The notes under the pieces: generated by a model
Told to the model about the DNA's origin: nothing
Seen by the model: only the letters and a program-made list of their open reading frames with translations
Databases searched by the model: none
Made by a program: the position numbers and the translations under genes
Shown: positions 18,456-28,016 of the stretch, in pieces
Position numbering within the stretch: the stretch's first letter is position 1
How the letters are laid out: the number at the start of each line of letters is the position of its first letter
Sequence record: NC_015251.1
DNA length: 64,000 nt
Strand: one strand, 5' to 3'

Positions 18456-18875
18456 TTAATCAACAAACTTCAATGTAGGACAGATTTTTTCTTTTCGAGC
18501 TTTAATGTAGGAAACTACCAAAGATGGAGTTTTCTTTTCGTTTGAACGGCTTGACTTTTTACTGATACTTCGGAGTTTAATTTTAACTTCTCCCCAAGAT
18601 ATTGCAATAAATACCAGAACGATAATTGCAATTGCAATTGCAAACACCCCGACAAATGGAGCTGAAATCATTGCTACCAAGCCAATATTGACAGCGAAGA
18701 ATTCCAAAATGGATACCCCGATACTAAAGCTTGCGCCCAACAGCAGAAGAACCATACCGGTTACGAGCATCAATCCCCAAACAACCTTCCAAAAATACGG
18801 ACACAGTGAGCGGGGAACCGTATCAAAGAAAGAATTAATGAAACGATAGTGCCAAGAGCTAGTTTTAATATTCAT
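18456..18875 (-). CDS. membrane protein, conserved phage family
   Basis: SSWHYR..SLCPYFW motif; two TM segments. Confidence 0.75.
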   Translation of the reverse strand: MNIKTSSWHYRFINSFFDTVPRSLCPYFWKVVWGLMLVTGMVLLLLGASFSIGVSILEFFAVNIGLVAMISAPFVGVFAIAIAIIVLVFIAISWGEVKIKLRSISKKSSRSNEKKTPSLVVSYIKARKEKICPTLKFVD

Positions 18876-19258
18876 TTTTCAATTTTCCAATTTGTGATTA
18901 GTTTATCTAATGTTTTCATAGTTTTGTCTTTATGATTATAACCTATATAATCATAAAAATCCCATACACTATCGAAACTTATTTCTTGATTCCGATAATA
19001 ATTTTCTTCACCAATAGATATATTCAGCCTTTCATTATCATGATATTCAGACCTGTCATATCTACCGAACACCCCAGTTTGTGTCTTTCCTTTCAGGTAG
19101 TGATGATCATACCATCTATTAAGCATTCGTCCAACAAGACTTTCAATTGATGTTAATTGAACATACCATCCACCTTTTGGGTGACCATCAGCTATACGTA
19201 TATGATAAAGCTGGGTTATAGGATGGTCGTAAAATTTATATGTATATACTTTATCCAA
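18872..19258 (-). CDS. hypothetical protein
   Basis: Packed ORF. Confidence 0.7.
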   Translation of the reverse strand: MDKVYTYKFYDHPITQLYHIRIADGHPKGGWYVQLTSIESLVGRMLNRWYDHHYLKGKTQTGVFGRYDRSEYHDNERLNISIGEENYYRNQEISFDSVWDFYDYIGYNHKDKTMKTLDKLITNWKIEK

Positions 19259-19610
19259 TACTAAGTTCCTTCAAAATACGAATGCTTTCATGTGTCATAT
19301 CAGCTCGTTGTTTGTGGAACCAATCTTCCCATAGGGTTTTACATTGAGCCGCCGCTTCGTTAGCTTTTTCCTCAGAATCAAAAACATATTGAATTTTCTT
19401 GAAACTTACATAAGAATCTTCTTCCAGTTCCCCAATCTTATCAGAATCCCTAGCAGTTGGTAGTCTGCGAGAAATATACACTCGGTCATTTGATACCTTA
19501 GTAACAAGCCGAGGTCTACCAGCAACAATCCCACCTACACATATTGACTCTGTAAGCACCCATTTATCAACTAGATGAGCATTCTTTTCTACTTTTACTT
19601 TATCAACCAT
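19251..19610 (-). CDS. hypothetical protein
   Basis: Packed ORF. Confidence 0.7.
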   Translation of the reverse strand: MVDKVKVEKNAHLVDKWVLTESICVGGIVAGRPRLVTKVSNDRVYISRRLPTARDSDKIGELEEDSYVSFKKIQYVFDSEEKANEAAAQCKTLWEDWFHKQRADMTHESIRILKELSIG

Positions 19611-19613
19611 TTT

Positions 19614-19919
19614 TTACACTACCTCAAAATTATCTGCGTCAGTTTCTTCAAGATGACCCCATTCACTGGTCCCAAGAGCAATCACCTTACCTTGTTCTGT
19701 TACTATGATATAATCCCGAGAGCAAATATCGATAGTTTCATCAACAACAGTAGGTGATGGATTTTCTAATTCATAGTTGTGAGTAAAAGCATATACCCAC
19801 TTAATATTTGGAAATAAGTCCTTTAGATTTTTAAGAGCATCTTTACATTTACGATAATGACCAATACCTTTTTGATATTCTTGGCTATAAAATTCATCTA
19901 CATTATCAAAATCCATCAT
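19614..19919 (-). CDS. hypothetical protein
   Basis: Packed ORF. Confidence 0.7.
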   Translation of the reverse strand: MMDFDNVDEFYSQEYQKGIGHYRKCKDALKNLKDLFPNIKWVYAFTHNYELENPSPTVVDETIDICSRDYIIVTEQGKVIALGTSEWGHLEETDADNFEVV

Positions 19920-19926
19920 AATTACC

Positions 19927-20184
19927 TTAAAATTGAATACTCGGTGAAACCATATAATGTTCTATTTCCATATGAGGGAAATATGTAATAACCAACGTAT
20001 CCACCCCGTTTACTGTTCGATCATGAATCGGAACCGTTTTGTTCATTTCTTTCCGGATCTCTTCCAAATCATCGTTTACTTGATGTGTCCGGCCTCGATT
20101 TTTTGGGGCTGAGATACTAATTGAGGGTTTTCCAAAGATACTTACTGTAATAGGACGTAATGAAAACCATTTATTATACCTCAA
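19927..20184 (-). CDS. hypothetical protein
   Basis: Packed ORF. Confidence 0.65.
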   Translation of the reverse strand: MRYNKWFSLRPITVSIFGKPSISISAPKNRGRTHQVNDDLEEIRKEMNKTVPIHDRTVNGVDTLVITYFPHMEIEHYMVSPSIQF

Positions 20185-20458
20185 ATGTCAAAATGTCATT
20201 AATATCAAAGGGTTCCAGACCACAATCGGTTTCAACATCAAAGTACATGAACAGATCCATTTCAAAATCTTCATCATATACCATTTCAAAACGCATCACC
20301 TTCCCACCATCAAGGTGAACAAGAAGACAATCATCATTTGATGCATCAATGAAATTAAAACCTTTTACATTATGAAGGAAAGCCAAATAGTTATCAACTT
20401 GCATGGGAAAAACCTCTTCTCTGTTTCGATAGGGATATAGGCTCATATCTAAAAACAT
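20174..20458 (-). CDS. hypothetical protein
   Basis: Packed ORF. Confidence 0.7.
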   Translation of the reverse strand: MFLDMSLYPYRNREEVFPMQVDNYLAFLHNVKGFNFIDASNDDCLLVHLDGGKVMRFEMVYDEDFEMDLFMYFDVETDCGLEPFDINDILTFEV

Positions 20459-20459
20459 A

Positions 20460-20748
20460 GGTCAATAACTTTTATAATTTTCTTCAATGACTGATGCAAT
20501 ATGTCGGATCAGAACCTGAGTTCGGTCATTTTCACGATTGAACTGGGTGATATCCCATAGAAAAACAGCTTTTTAGGTAGAGAGAATTTTCGAATCAAGA
20601 ATCCATCCCCCCTAGCAAACGTATCTTCCACAAAGAAATCGTATTCATCATTCCATATCTCGACTTGGCGAAGATATTTCTCTTACAAATTGGCAAAGCA
20701 GTTATTTCAACAGTCTTTTCACTAACCTACTTGATATGTATGTTTCAT
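20460..20748 (-). pseudogene. ORF with several frameshifts (or sequencing errors)
   Basis: Protein-like fragments in different frames (KYLRQVEIWNDEYDFF; FLWDITQFNRENDRTQVLIRH) fill a gene-sized gap. Confidence 0.45.
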
Positions 20749-20772
20749 TTGAATAACTCAATCATAAGTTTT

Positions 20773-21042
20773 CTATGTGCCTCTGCGATTTTCGGGAACA
20801 AGGTTATTCATACGATGTTCATATAGATCGTTGATCCTTGAAAGAAATTTCATACCAACCCTAGACACTTTCAAATCTACAATGCAATCTTGATAAAGTG
20901 CTTCAACACTGCGAATTGTAGATAGATTTTCAGCAAGGTCATTCTGTGTTTCTGTATATTTGGCACGAAGTACCATTTCGTTTGTCATAGGATTTTTACC
21001 CTTAACCCATACACCAGATATCTTGTGTTTCTGTGTCATCAC
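20773..21042 (-). CDS. hypothetical protein
   Basis: Packed ORF; start probably near 20990. Confidence 0.6.
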   Translation of the reverse strand: MMTQKHKISGVWVKGKNPMTNEMVLRAKYTETQNDLAENLSTIRSVEALYQDCIVDLKVSRVGMKFLSRINDLYEHRMNNLVPENRRGT

Positions 21043-21181
21043 GAACGATATTCAATTCGCTCCAATCTCCAAGATCTCGGGATTTCTCAATAGCTTCTTC
21101 CTCAGAATCTGCCAAAACCGTTTGGGTTTGATAGCCACGAATATAACCGGAAACTTCTTTAATAACTACATACTCTTTCAT
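21002..21181 (-). CDS. hypothetical protein (59 aa, MKEYVVIKEV), not in ORF track
   Basis: GGAG RBS; fills gap. Confidence 0.6.
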   Translation of the reverse strand: MKEYVVIKEVSGYIRGYQTQTVLADSEEEAIEKSRDLGDWSELNIVRDDTETQDIWCMG

Positions 21182-21183
21182 TT

Positions 21184-21900
21184 TTAATACTCCACGGTAA
21201 CAATTTCACACATGGGACTAACTCCATGCCATTCTTTTAAATATCTTGATGTATCTACTCCACATCCCGGAGTCATTTCGATACCAGTTTGGTCCACAAA
21301 CTTTTTACATTTTGTTTCCATCTTATCGGCATATTGTTGTACGCCACTCAGACGGAATGGGGCACTCGATTGTGGAATGATGAAAACTCCAAACTCTGCA
21401 ACTTTACTAGCAGCCTCAATAATCTTATACTCAAAATCCGAACCGGTGTAAAGCCCTTTATAGTCTGAGGTCTTGATATTTCCAAAAGGTGGATTACTGA
21501 GTGCGTTTACAAATCGATCTGTAGTGGTTTCGCAATACTCTAATGCGTCCATCTGGATCCATTTAGCATATGGATTAACACGCTTACCAACCTCAATATA
21601 ATTTGGGTTGAGTTCAACGCACGTAACCTCATTATCACGGTCTAACCAGAAAGATAGACCACCAATACCAGCACACAAATCCACTACAGACTGATTACTA
21701 TTGATTTCGATACAAGTGTCACGGGATAACATGAGGGGTGTAAAGAATGCACCAGCCAAACTATTAGCTTGGTTGAACCCCTCTTGAAAATTTTGAAGGA
21801 TGAACATCCGTTCATCCCATTTTAGAACTTTATCACTATGAACCAGATCCATTGCCTGATTATGAAGTTTCATTTGCTGTTTGGATAATTTAGCCATCAC
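21184..21900 (-). CDS. orphan N6-adenine/N4-cytosine DNA methyltransferase
   Basis: Motif X AFFTP, motif I DLCAGIG, motif IV NPPFG. Confidence 0.85.
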   Translation of the reverse strand: MMAKLSKQQMKLHNQAMDLVHSDKVLKWDERMFILQNFQEGFNQANSLAGAFFTPLMLSRDTCIEINSNQSVVDLCAGIGGLSFWLDRDNEVTCVELNPNYIEVGKRVNPYAKWIQMDALEYCETTTDRFVNALSNPPFGNIKTSDYKGLYTGSDFEYKIIEAASKVAEFGVFIIPQSSAPFRLSGVQQYADKMETKCKKFVDQTGIEMTPGCGVDTSRYLKEWHGVSPMCEIVTVEY

Positions 21901-22202
21901 TTACTCCAACGTTTAGAACTTGGGCAAATATCAGTAACCGGACACTCATCACAATAACCGGGCGTTAATTGAATTTCAACACCTTTAGCACCCTCATCTT
22001 CACCTAGATAATCTTCACGTTCAATTTGTTCATTGTGTATACAACCCCAAATAGAAGCCTCTTTATTTCCCCAATAGAAAACCGGCATAGTATTTGCGAT
22101 TTTAGTACAAAGTTTCTGTAGCTTGTTCTTTTGAATATCAAGTTGAAGAATATGTTTTTTCTTAAGATCTTGATACTCTTCTTCTGTCAAAATATATTGC
22201 AT
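21897..22202 (-). CDS. Cys-rich phage protein
   Basis: MQYILTEEEY..GCI..YCDECPV..CP..K.WSK. Confidence 0.75.
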   Translation of the reverse strand: MQYILTEEEYQDLKKKHILQLDIQKNKLQKLCTKIANTMPVFYWGNKEASIWGCIHNEQIEREDYLGEDEGAKGVEIQLTPGYCDECPVTDICPSSKRWSK

Positions 22203-22428
22203 TAAATAAACTCCAATTTAAGGAAAGACCTTTTAGATTGGCAACGTTTCGACCACCCAGCATAGGAACACCTAGATATGAATCCCAATGAATCCCATAT
22301 TCGTCTTTTGCAGGATATCGGTAAACGTGGATCATACTTACATCGGTATATGACTTCCTCCACAAATAATATCCCGGTTCTGATGGCGAATCATCAGTAA
22401 ACTCATTAAGATTAATATTCATTAGCAT
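22162..22428 (-). CDS. hypothetical protein
   Basis: PSEPGYYLW motif; packed ORF. Confidence 0.65.
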   Translation of the reverse strand: MLMNINLNEFTDDSPSEPGYYLWRKSYTDVSMIHVYRYPAKDEYGIHWDSYLGVPMLGGRNVANLKGLSLNWSLFNAIYFDRRRVSRS

Positions 22429-22844
22429 TGCACCTCTACATGGGAAACTGAATCTTTCAATGATTCGAATGTATCACATAAAACCACACCATTCCAAGGA
22501 ATTTGATGATACAAAAACACATTAACATATGTTGCTTCATCCCCAGTATAATATTGCTTGATTTCAAACTGGAATTGATCACCATCAATAACAAATTTAC
22601 CAGCACAATCATCTGTGTAAACGTGTTTCCAACGTTCGAAGTCGTCCGATACAATACCATATTGGATTGAAACTATATCGTCTCCAAATGCTTCTTGAAA
22701 CGATGTGCGGGTGTATTTAATACCGGTATCCAGATCTGTAATCTCACTAGATCGTTTTACATACTTAATAGATCCATCTTTCATACTAAGAGTGTAATGA
22801 CCGATTGTAATCTTTTTTACAAATTCATTAAGTTTGGTATTCAT
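22422..22844 (-). CDS. hypothetical protein
   Basis: Packed ORF. Confidence 0.7.
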   Translation of the reverse strand: MNTKLNEFVKKITIGHYTLSMKDGSIKYVKRSSEITDLDTGIKYTRTSFQEAFGDDIVSIQYGIVSDDFERWKHVYTDDCAGKFVIDGDQFQFEIKQYYTGDEATYVNVFLYHQIPWNGVVLCDTFESLKDSVSHVEVQC

Positions 22845-23092
22845 TGATATTTTCTCTTGAAATCATTCCATACAATGGATGATAGATTATCTGGATGGTT
22901 AGGATCGTGATTTACACCACCAAGGATATAATTTGGATTTTCTTTATAGTCTTTCCAGAGTTCTGCTTCATTACGCAAGACCCTCAAATTTGCCATATCA
23001 GTTTTGATTGCAAACATCATATGGTCTGGCTCTTGCTCCATCATAGTTTCCAACCAACCCATAGCACGGTCATAACGGTTTTTAATCGACAT
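22841..23092 (-). CDS. hypothetical protein
   Basis: GAGG RBS. Confidence 0.7.
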   Translation of the reverse strand: MSIKNRYDRAMGWLETMMEQEPDHMMFAIKTDMANLRVLRNEAELWKDYKENPNYILGGVNHDPNHPDNLSSIVWNDFKRKYQ

Positions 23093-23104
23093 ATTAAAAC
23101 CTCA

Positions 23105-23455
23105 TTACGAATTCATCATCAGGTAAACGATAATCAGTGCTTTGATAATGTTACCATCCGCACACACAAAATCATATCCGCACACATCACCATAAATTTC
23201 TGAGAGTTGTTCACCAAAGAAAGCGAAAGACTCACCATCTTCACGATTTACACTGATATTATGATTCATAATCAGTGTAATTGCAATAGAATCATCATCA
23301 CACCAATTCTTTACAGGGAAAGTAGTTCCATCATCATAAACCAATGCGTGACATTCTTCATTATAATCCCAATGCTGAAGACCATAATAAACTTGAGTGA
23401 ACAACACATTGATTTGATCGTTGGTCATAAACTTATAAGGATGAAGTGTATTCAT
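23105..23455 (-). CDS. hypothetical protein
   Basis: NWCDDDSIAITLIMNHNISV motif; packed ORF. Confidence 0.7.
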   Translation of the reverse strand: MNTLHPYKFMTNDQINVLFTQVYYGLQHWDYNEECHALVYDDGTTFPVKNWCDDDSIAITLIMNHNISVNREDGESFAFFGEQLSEIYGDVCGYDFVCADGNIIKALIIVYLMMNS

Positions 23456-23715
23456 TTAGATAGGCCCTCTTGTAGGGTCTTACGAATCGTTTCCTTGCAT
23501 TCTTCGGAGGTTTGGTTACTACCACACCAAACTGATTCGGCAACGCCTTTAAGGCCCTGCTCATGCACGTTCATGGCGGCATATCCAACCAACGCGATCT
23601 GGGAAATAATCCCCAAGAAAACAAAGATGAAAATACCTGTGATGATCTTGTTGATGTGGCGGAAGAACCAAGGATCACTATTAAAGCTTCCTGTACTGCG
23701 AATATTACGTTTCAT
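23452..23715 (-). CDS. membrane protein
   Basis: Single TM; GAGG RBS. Confidence 0.7.
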   Translation of the reverse strand: MKRNIRSTGSFNSDPWFFRHINKIITGIFIFVFLGIISQIALVGYAAMNVHEQGLKGVAESVWCGSNQTSEECKETIRKTLQEGLSK

Positions 23716-23717
23716 GT

Positions 23718-23942
23718 TTATGCCTCTAAAATATAATCTGGTTGTAATGTGGTGTCTGTTAAGTAGGCAGAATATTCTCCTGACTCTGTAATTAAATGGT
23801 ATAGCATGTCGTCATCAAAATCAATTGTTATTTTTACTTCTTTTACGATTTCACCACAAATTTTACTGTCTGGGTGAACCATATGAGAGTTAATTAAAGT
23901 ACCAACGAAATGATGACTCAGACGATTAATCAATATATCCAT
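23718..23942 (-). CDS. hypothetical protein
   Basis: Packed ORF. Confidence 0.65.
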   Translation of the reverse strand: MDILINRLSHHFVGTLINSHMVHPDSKICGEIVKEVKITIDFDDDMLYHLITESGEYSAYLTDTTLQPDYILEA

Positions 23943-23948
23943 GATTTT

Positions 23949-24185
23949 TTATCCTATATCTTGAAGAATACAAATGGTTCGGTCGGCTGGGTTAGCGTGA
24001 ACATCATAGAATCCTTTGAACTGACCTGACCTGACGATGAAAGAATTTCCCCAGCCGATAGAAACCTTTTCATACTCCATACCATGAAACTTAAAGAAAC
24101 GTTCTGCCATTTCTTCACTATGGCCTGAGATCCATTCGATTTCAACACGGAAAGCACCAGTAGGGAGAAGTTCAAAAGTTTTCAT
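23949..24185 (-). CDS. hypothetical protein
   Basis: Repeated RBS cassette TTTAACTGAGGAAATTATTATG. Confidence 0.7.
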   Translation of the reverse strand: MKTFELLPTGAFRVEIEWISGHSEEMAERFFKFHGMEYEKVSIGWGNSFIVRSGQFKGFYDVHANPADRTICILQDIG

Positions 24186-24195
24186 AATAATTTCC

Positions 24196-24396
24196 TCAGT
24201 TAAACCACGGGTCATTAAGCATCTCTTCGATTCGGTTTTGAGTATCTTTAATCTCTACTTCCGTATCAGCTAGAATACAAGTATATTCGTTTTTAGCCCA
24301 AGGGTCAAGATCTTTTGTCAGTTCGTGGCGACAATATGCGGCCTTTTTACCAAGGGTTTCCAACTTCTTCATGTTCAGTTCAACGTAATGGTTCAT
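24196..24396 (-). CDS. hypothetical protein
   Basis: GGGGAG RBS; promoter upstream. Confidence 0.65.
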   Translation of the reverse strand: MNHYVELNMKKLETLGKKAAYCRHELTKDLDPWAKNEYTCILADTEVEIKDTQNRIEEMLNDPWFN

Positions 24397-24418
24397 ATCA
24401 ATATCTCCCCTGAATCAA

Positions 24419-24454
24419 CTAAGCCCATTCTACACGAACGGGCTTAGGATGCAA
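24419..24454 (-). promoter_or_regulatory. promoter with -10 inside a hairpin
   Basis: TTGCAT-16-TAGAAT; CTAAGCCC/GGGCTTAG inverted repeat. Confidence 0.7.
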
Positions 24455-24457
24455 CAA

Positions 24458-24766
24458 CTATTTATATTTATTTTCTACATAACGAAGTTCAAACCATTGT
24501 GCAATTTCATTCAAGAATAAAATAATATGTTCTGTCGATTTCGGTAATTCAAATCCAAGTCTATCAATTAGTTTTGACACATCCACTACATCAATAGGGC
24601 CATCTGTATTTGAATAATATTGTTTTCCAGAAATTCGTCCAGTTGTCAAGTTTCTTTGCTCAACATCAATAAAATAAAGATTGTTGTTAGCATCCCTGAA
24701 AAACCATTCGTTAAGTTTAACCGGACTATTCCAAATATCAGTTAGTAGTTCATCATTAAATTTCAT
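24458..24766 (-). CDS. hypothetical protein
   Basis: Packed ORF. Confidence 0.7.
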   Translation of the reverse strand: MKFNDELLTDIWNSPVKLNEWFFRDANNNLYFIDVEQRNLTTGRISGKQYYSNTDGPIDVVDVSKLIDRLGFELPKSTEHIILFLNEIAQWFELRYVENKYK

Positions 24767-25293
24767 TTCAGACCATCTTTTAATGTTTTCATAATTGGAT
24801 ATGGGTTGGTATCTTCATTCTCAATCTCAATATCATTGGTATCAAAATCCGCCTGAAGAGTATACAGATCCGGTAAGCCCAACTCTTTCAATATGTGGTC
24901 TACTGTATAATCACAGTAAAAATTCTCATCCATCAAAGTATCGAGACTTACAATAAATTCCCAATCGTCATAAGAACGAGTAAAAACTTGACACCTATAA
25001 TTATCATTCAATAGCGCATTTATTACCATATCCTGTAATTTATCTTTACAAATATGAATATCCTCAAACTCTACTTCTTTCCCTATATGTAAATGTTTGA
25101 AATAATAGTATGTTTGGAAATAAGAATCATCATATGTACTATCCACACAATCGAAATAGTCTAGGAATTCTTCTGCGGTTACCAACACATAACCATCTTG
25201 TGTGTAGTCAGGATGGATCTTATTATAAGGGAAATATGCTCTATTTCCAGACTTATCGTGACAAGATACCCAATCGTCATCAAGTTCTATCAT
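24763..25293 (-). CDS. hypothetical acidic protein
   Basis: Packed ORF. Confidence 0.7.
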   Translation of the reverse strand: MIELDDDWVSCHDKSGNRAYFPYNKIHPDYTQDGYVLVTAEEFLDYFDCVDSTYDDSYFQTYYYFKHLHIGKEVEFEDIHICKDKLQDMVINALLNDNYRCQVFTRSYDDWEFIVSLDTLMDENFYCDYTVDHILKELGLPDLYTLQADFDTNDIEIENEDTNPYPIMKTLKDGLK

Positions 25294-25601
25294 TTTAACA
25301 TAGCCTGCTTAAGTTCTTCAGGACTAAAATATTCCTGTTCAAGATATACTTTTGGACCATAATGAGAATATTTCTCAATCCAAAGGAATTCACACACAGA
25401 ACCGTGAGAGTCTTTACCTAGCCAAAAATAACCTTCGTCTTGACCATCGTTAACTTTTTGAAACTCGGGTTTTTGTGTACATACAAACGGCCCATATCGA
25501 CCGTCCCAAAACTGCGTACCAACTTCAATCTTTTCAATAATGCTTTTCATAATCAGACCGCCATAAAAGAAGTAACAAAATAGTAAACGCCGTAGTACCA
25601 A
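25290..25601 (-). CDS. hypothetical protein
   Basis: Likely start MKSIIEK near 25550. Confidence 0.65.
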   Translation of the reverse strand: MVLRRLLFCYFFYGGLIMKSIIEKIEVGTQFWDGRYGPFVCTQKPEFQKVNDGQDEGYFWLGKDSHGSVCEFLWIEKYSHYGPKVYLEQEYFSPEELKQAMLK

Positions 25602-25795
25602 ACAAATTCAGCAATAAGACCGATTGGGTGTTGGATATAAGTAAGCGTACCATCACCAAATATTTTATTGTTAATTACCAGCAGTCGATAAATTGGGGCT
25701 TTCATGTAAAAATATGATCCGAGTACCACCAGTACCAGAGAGATACATTCCATAACAGACAAGGTAAAAAGCCAAGTATTGATATAATCAAACAT
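25553..25795 (-). CDS. membrane protein
   Basis: Repeated RBS cassette; two TM segments. Confidence 0.65.
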   Translation of the reverse strand: MFDYINTWLFTLSVMECISLVLVVLGSYFYMKAPIYRLLVINNKIFGDGTLTYIQHPIGLIAEFVWYYGVYYFVTSFMAV

Positions 25796-25805
25796 AATAA
25801 TTTCC

Positions 25806-26198
25806 TCAGTTAAATTTGGCGACAACGCCCATAAACATTTCGACATTCTCATTAAAGAACTTGATAACCGAATCACAGGCTTCAAGTTGGGTTTTCTTTT
25901 TACGGAGAACCGGTTTATTAACACTACTCAGAAGAACTTTAAACTTCTTTTCGTCTTCATGCAAGATGAATTGGATGATCCGACCGTTGAAATATTTTAC
26001 ACCAGATTCAACATCCTTACCAGTAGCCATAAACGTAACCGTCGTATCAGCTTTACCAATACACCAGTTAGGATATGCTTGGATGTAAGGAAGAAGAACA
26101 GGATCCAGCTTAGACAAAATATAATCCACGTTTGCTTGCATTGCTGCGATACGGGTTGCTTTGTCCAATTCGTATTTTTCAGCGGTCATCATATTCAA
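25806..26198 (-). CDS. hypothetical protein
   Basis: GAGGA RBS; promoter upstream. Confidence 0.75.
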   Translation of the reverse strand: MNMMTAEKYELDKATRIAAMQANVDYILSKLDPVLLPYIQAYPNWCIGKADTTVTFMATGKDVESGVKYFNGRIIQFILHEDEKKFKVLLSSVNKPVLRKKKTQLEACDSVIKFFNENVEMFMGVVAKFN

Positions 26199-26223
26199 TT
26201 CCTCAGTTCGTTTCGATATGGTT

Positions 26224-26252
26224 AATATAACCTATCTGGATTTAGAAAACAA
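26224..26252 (-). promoter_or_regulatory. putative early promoter
   Basis: TTGTTT-17-TATATT. Confidence 0.4.
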
Positions 26253-26628
26253 CCGTAATTTCTTCTGTATTGTGATACTCGTGTACTGTTCCGTAATCAG
26301 TTTCTACCTGAATAAGGGTCTTACAAATCATAACATCGGTAATCTTACCTCGATTTTCGCCAAAATAGAACAACTCTTTTCCTACCAACGATTCCCTTAA
26401 AATGCGGTCGAAATGTGATGTTTTATATTCAGGTACTACTTGACTAAACTCAGAATCCTCATAACACAAAAAGTTGGATTCTTTATTATCAGGATCTCGA
26501 ACATAAACTCTAACTCTGTCAGCTTCTTTACTCACAGATGAAACGGTAAACTTGATATCAGCCCATGGGACAATTTTCATACCACGTTCAAGATCTTTAG
26601 CCAAAACAATTTGAGTTTTCATAATCAA
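26242..26628 (-). CDS. hypothetical protein, paralog of 28653-29117
   Basis: MKTQIVLAKDLERGM vs MKTKIVLGKDLEIGM. Confidence 0.75.
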   Translation of the reverse strand: MIMKTQIVLAKDLERGMKIVPWADIKFTVSSVSKEADRVRVYVRDPDNKESNFLCYEDSEFSQVVPEYKTSHFDRILRESLVGKELFYFGENRGKITDVMICKTLIQVETDYGTVHEYHNTEEITVVF

Positions 26629-26899
26629 TCCTTTTATTTTTTGTTAAACCAAATCAACAAGCCAAATATTACCACAAAACCAATAACCGTTTCAAGAACA
26701 AAAGCATTTAAAAACGTCATTAAATTTCTCTCAATATTTTCTCTGCAAGATCGAAATCATAATCGTTTTTGAAATTGATTTCAACATATTCCTGACAGAA
26801 TGTGACGGAATGGGGACGGATATTGCTATCATCAAAAAGTTGATGTAGATAGCTAAATGAGAATTCAAAATCAGACTTAACGAAAATTATGCTTTTCAT

Positions 26900-27085
26900 T
26901 TACATATCCAAATAAATATCACTTGCGGTTTCTAAATCTTCATCAGAATAAAATGTGAAGATAACCCCATCACCATAAGTAACGTGTTCATCAATAACCC
27001 ATTCATAACGAATCCCTTTTGAATCCAATAGAGCTGTGTATTGATCGAAATAACAGTTCCAACAATCAAACCATAGTGTAAACAT
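26900..27085 (-). CDS. hypothetical protein
   Basis: Packed ORF. Confidence 0.6.
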   Translation of the reverse strand: MFTLWFDCWNCYFDQYTALLDSKGIRYEWVIDEHVTYGDGVIFTFYSDEDLETASDIYLDM

Positions 27086-27612
27086 TATATTACCCCACCT
27101 GAAGATCGTTCCCCTCGAATCCTAGAAACCAAACCGTTAAACCCAACCTCCAAGTTATAACATGTACATTCTGGGATGTTATCGTTATATAAAGAAATTA
27201 GGTTATTACCATATCCAACGGTAAGGATTACATCTTCCTGACCACACATATCAACAACAAATGAATCCGACTTAAGAAGATTTTTAACAATATATTCTCG
27301 ACGAAATTCTTGATCCTCTTCATGTCTGGTAATGGTAACAGCATCACCGTTCTGTAATTGTTTCCTTTCTCCGAAGTCATACAGCGCACCATCAATAAAC
27401 GCATATTGCCATTGCATTGAGTTTACATGACGGTTTCCAATAGTGTATTCATAACTATGCATAGAAACAAACTTCAGTTCTATTCCGTTACTTAAAAGGA
27501 TCTTTCCAAACAAGTGACATATATCAACAATCGGGAGATTTTGATTGTCAACTCCATCAAAGATATCACCGATTTTTAGTTTTTTCCACGTATTCGCTTT
27601 GATAAAAATCAT
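27085..27612 (-). CDS. hypothetical protein
   Basis: Packed ORF. Confidence 0.7.
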   Translation of the reverse strand: MIFIKANTWKKLKIGDIFDGVDNQNLPIVDICHLFGKILLSNGIELKFVSMHSYEYTIGNRHVNSMQWQYAFIDGALYDFGERKQLQNGDAVTITRHEEDQEFRREYIVKNLLKSDSFVVDMCGQEDVILTVGYGNNLISLYNDNIPECTCYNLEVGFNGLVSRIRGERSSGGVI

Positions 27613-27959
27613 TATTCTTCCCTCAATGATTTTGCGATTTGTTCCAGTTCGTCAATATTACCACGAAGAGATTCGCGTTGCCAGAAATAATCGTCACCAC
27701 GATCCGATTCGAGATTATAAGATTCTTGAATCTTTGTATCCAGTTCCTTGATATTGCTATAAACTAATATAATCTTTTCCAGATTTTTGTGACCTTCTTC
27801 AACAAATCTGTCCGTGTACATCTGATGACTATTACCTTGGATAAATAAAATCCGGTCGTTGATTTGGTCATCAACGACATAAGTTTTACCAACAATCAAA
27901 GTACGTTCCATATCAAGATTGTCTACGCATACTACATTTTGACCGCTTTTAAATTTCAT
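27612..27959 (-). CDS. hypothetical protein
   Basis: AGGAG RBS; promoter upstream. Confidence 0.75.
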   Translation of the reverse strand: MKFKSGQNVVCVDNLDMERTLIVGKTYVVDDQINDRILFIQGNSHQMYTDRFVEEGHKNLEKIILVYSNIKELDTKIQESYNLESDRGDDYFWQRESLRGNIDELEQIAKSLREE

Positions 27960-27985
27960 GATTATCTCCTTTCATTTAATAAAAA

Positions 27986-28016
27986 GAGTATCCCACAAAC
28001 GGGGATACTCTGTCAA
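27986..28016 (-). promoter_or_regulatory. promoter/stem-loop (PeSL-like) cassette
   Basis: TTGACA-18-GATACT; GAGTATCCC/GGGATACTC stem then T-tract. Confidence 0.85.

Noticed and set aside
23207-23791. Longer plus-strand ORFs within the minus-strand array (also 13522-13992, 32522-32962, 34089-34502, 61094-61477)
   Set aside because: Antisense shadows of well-supported minus-strand genes, with no clear RBS or promoter.
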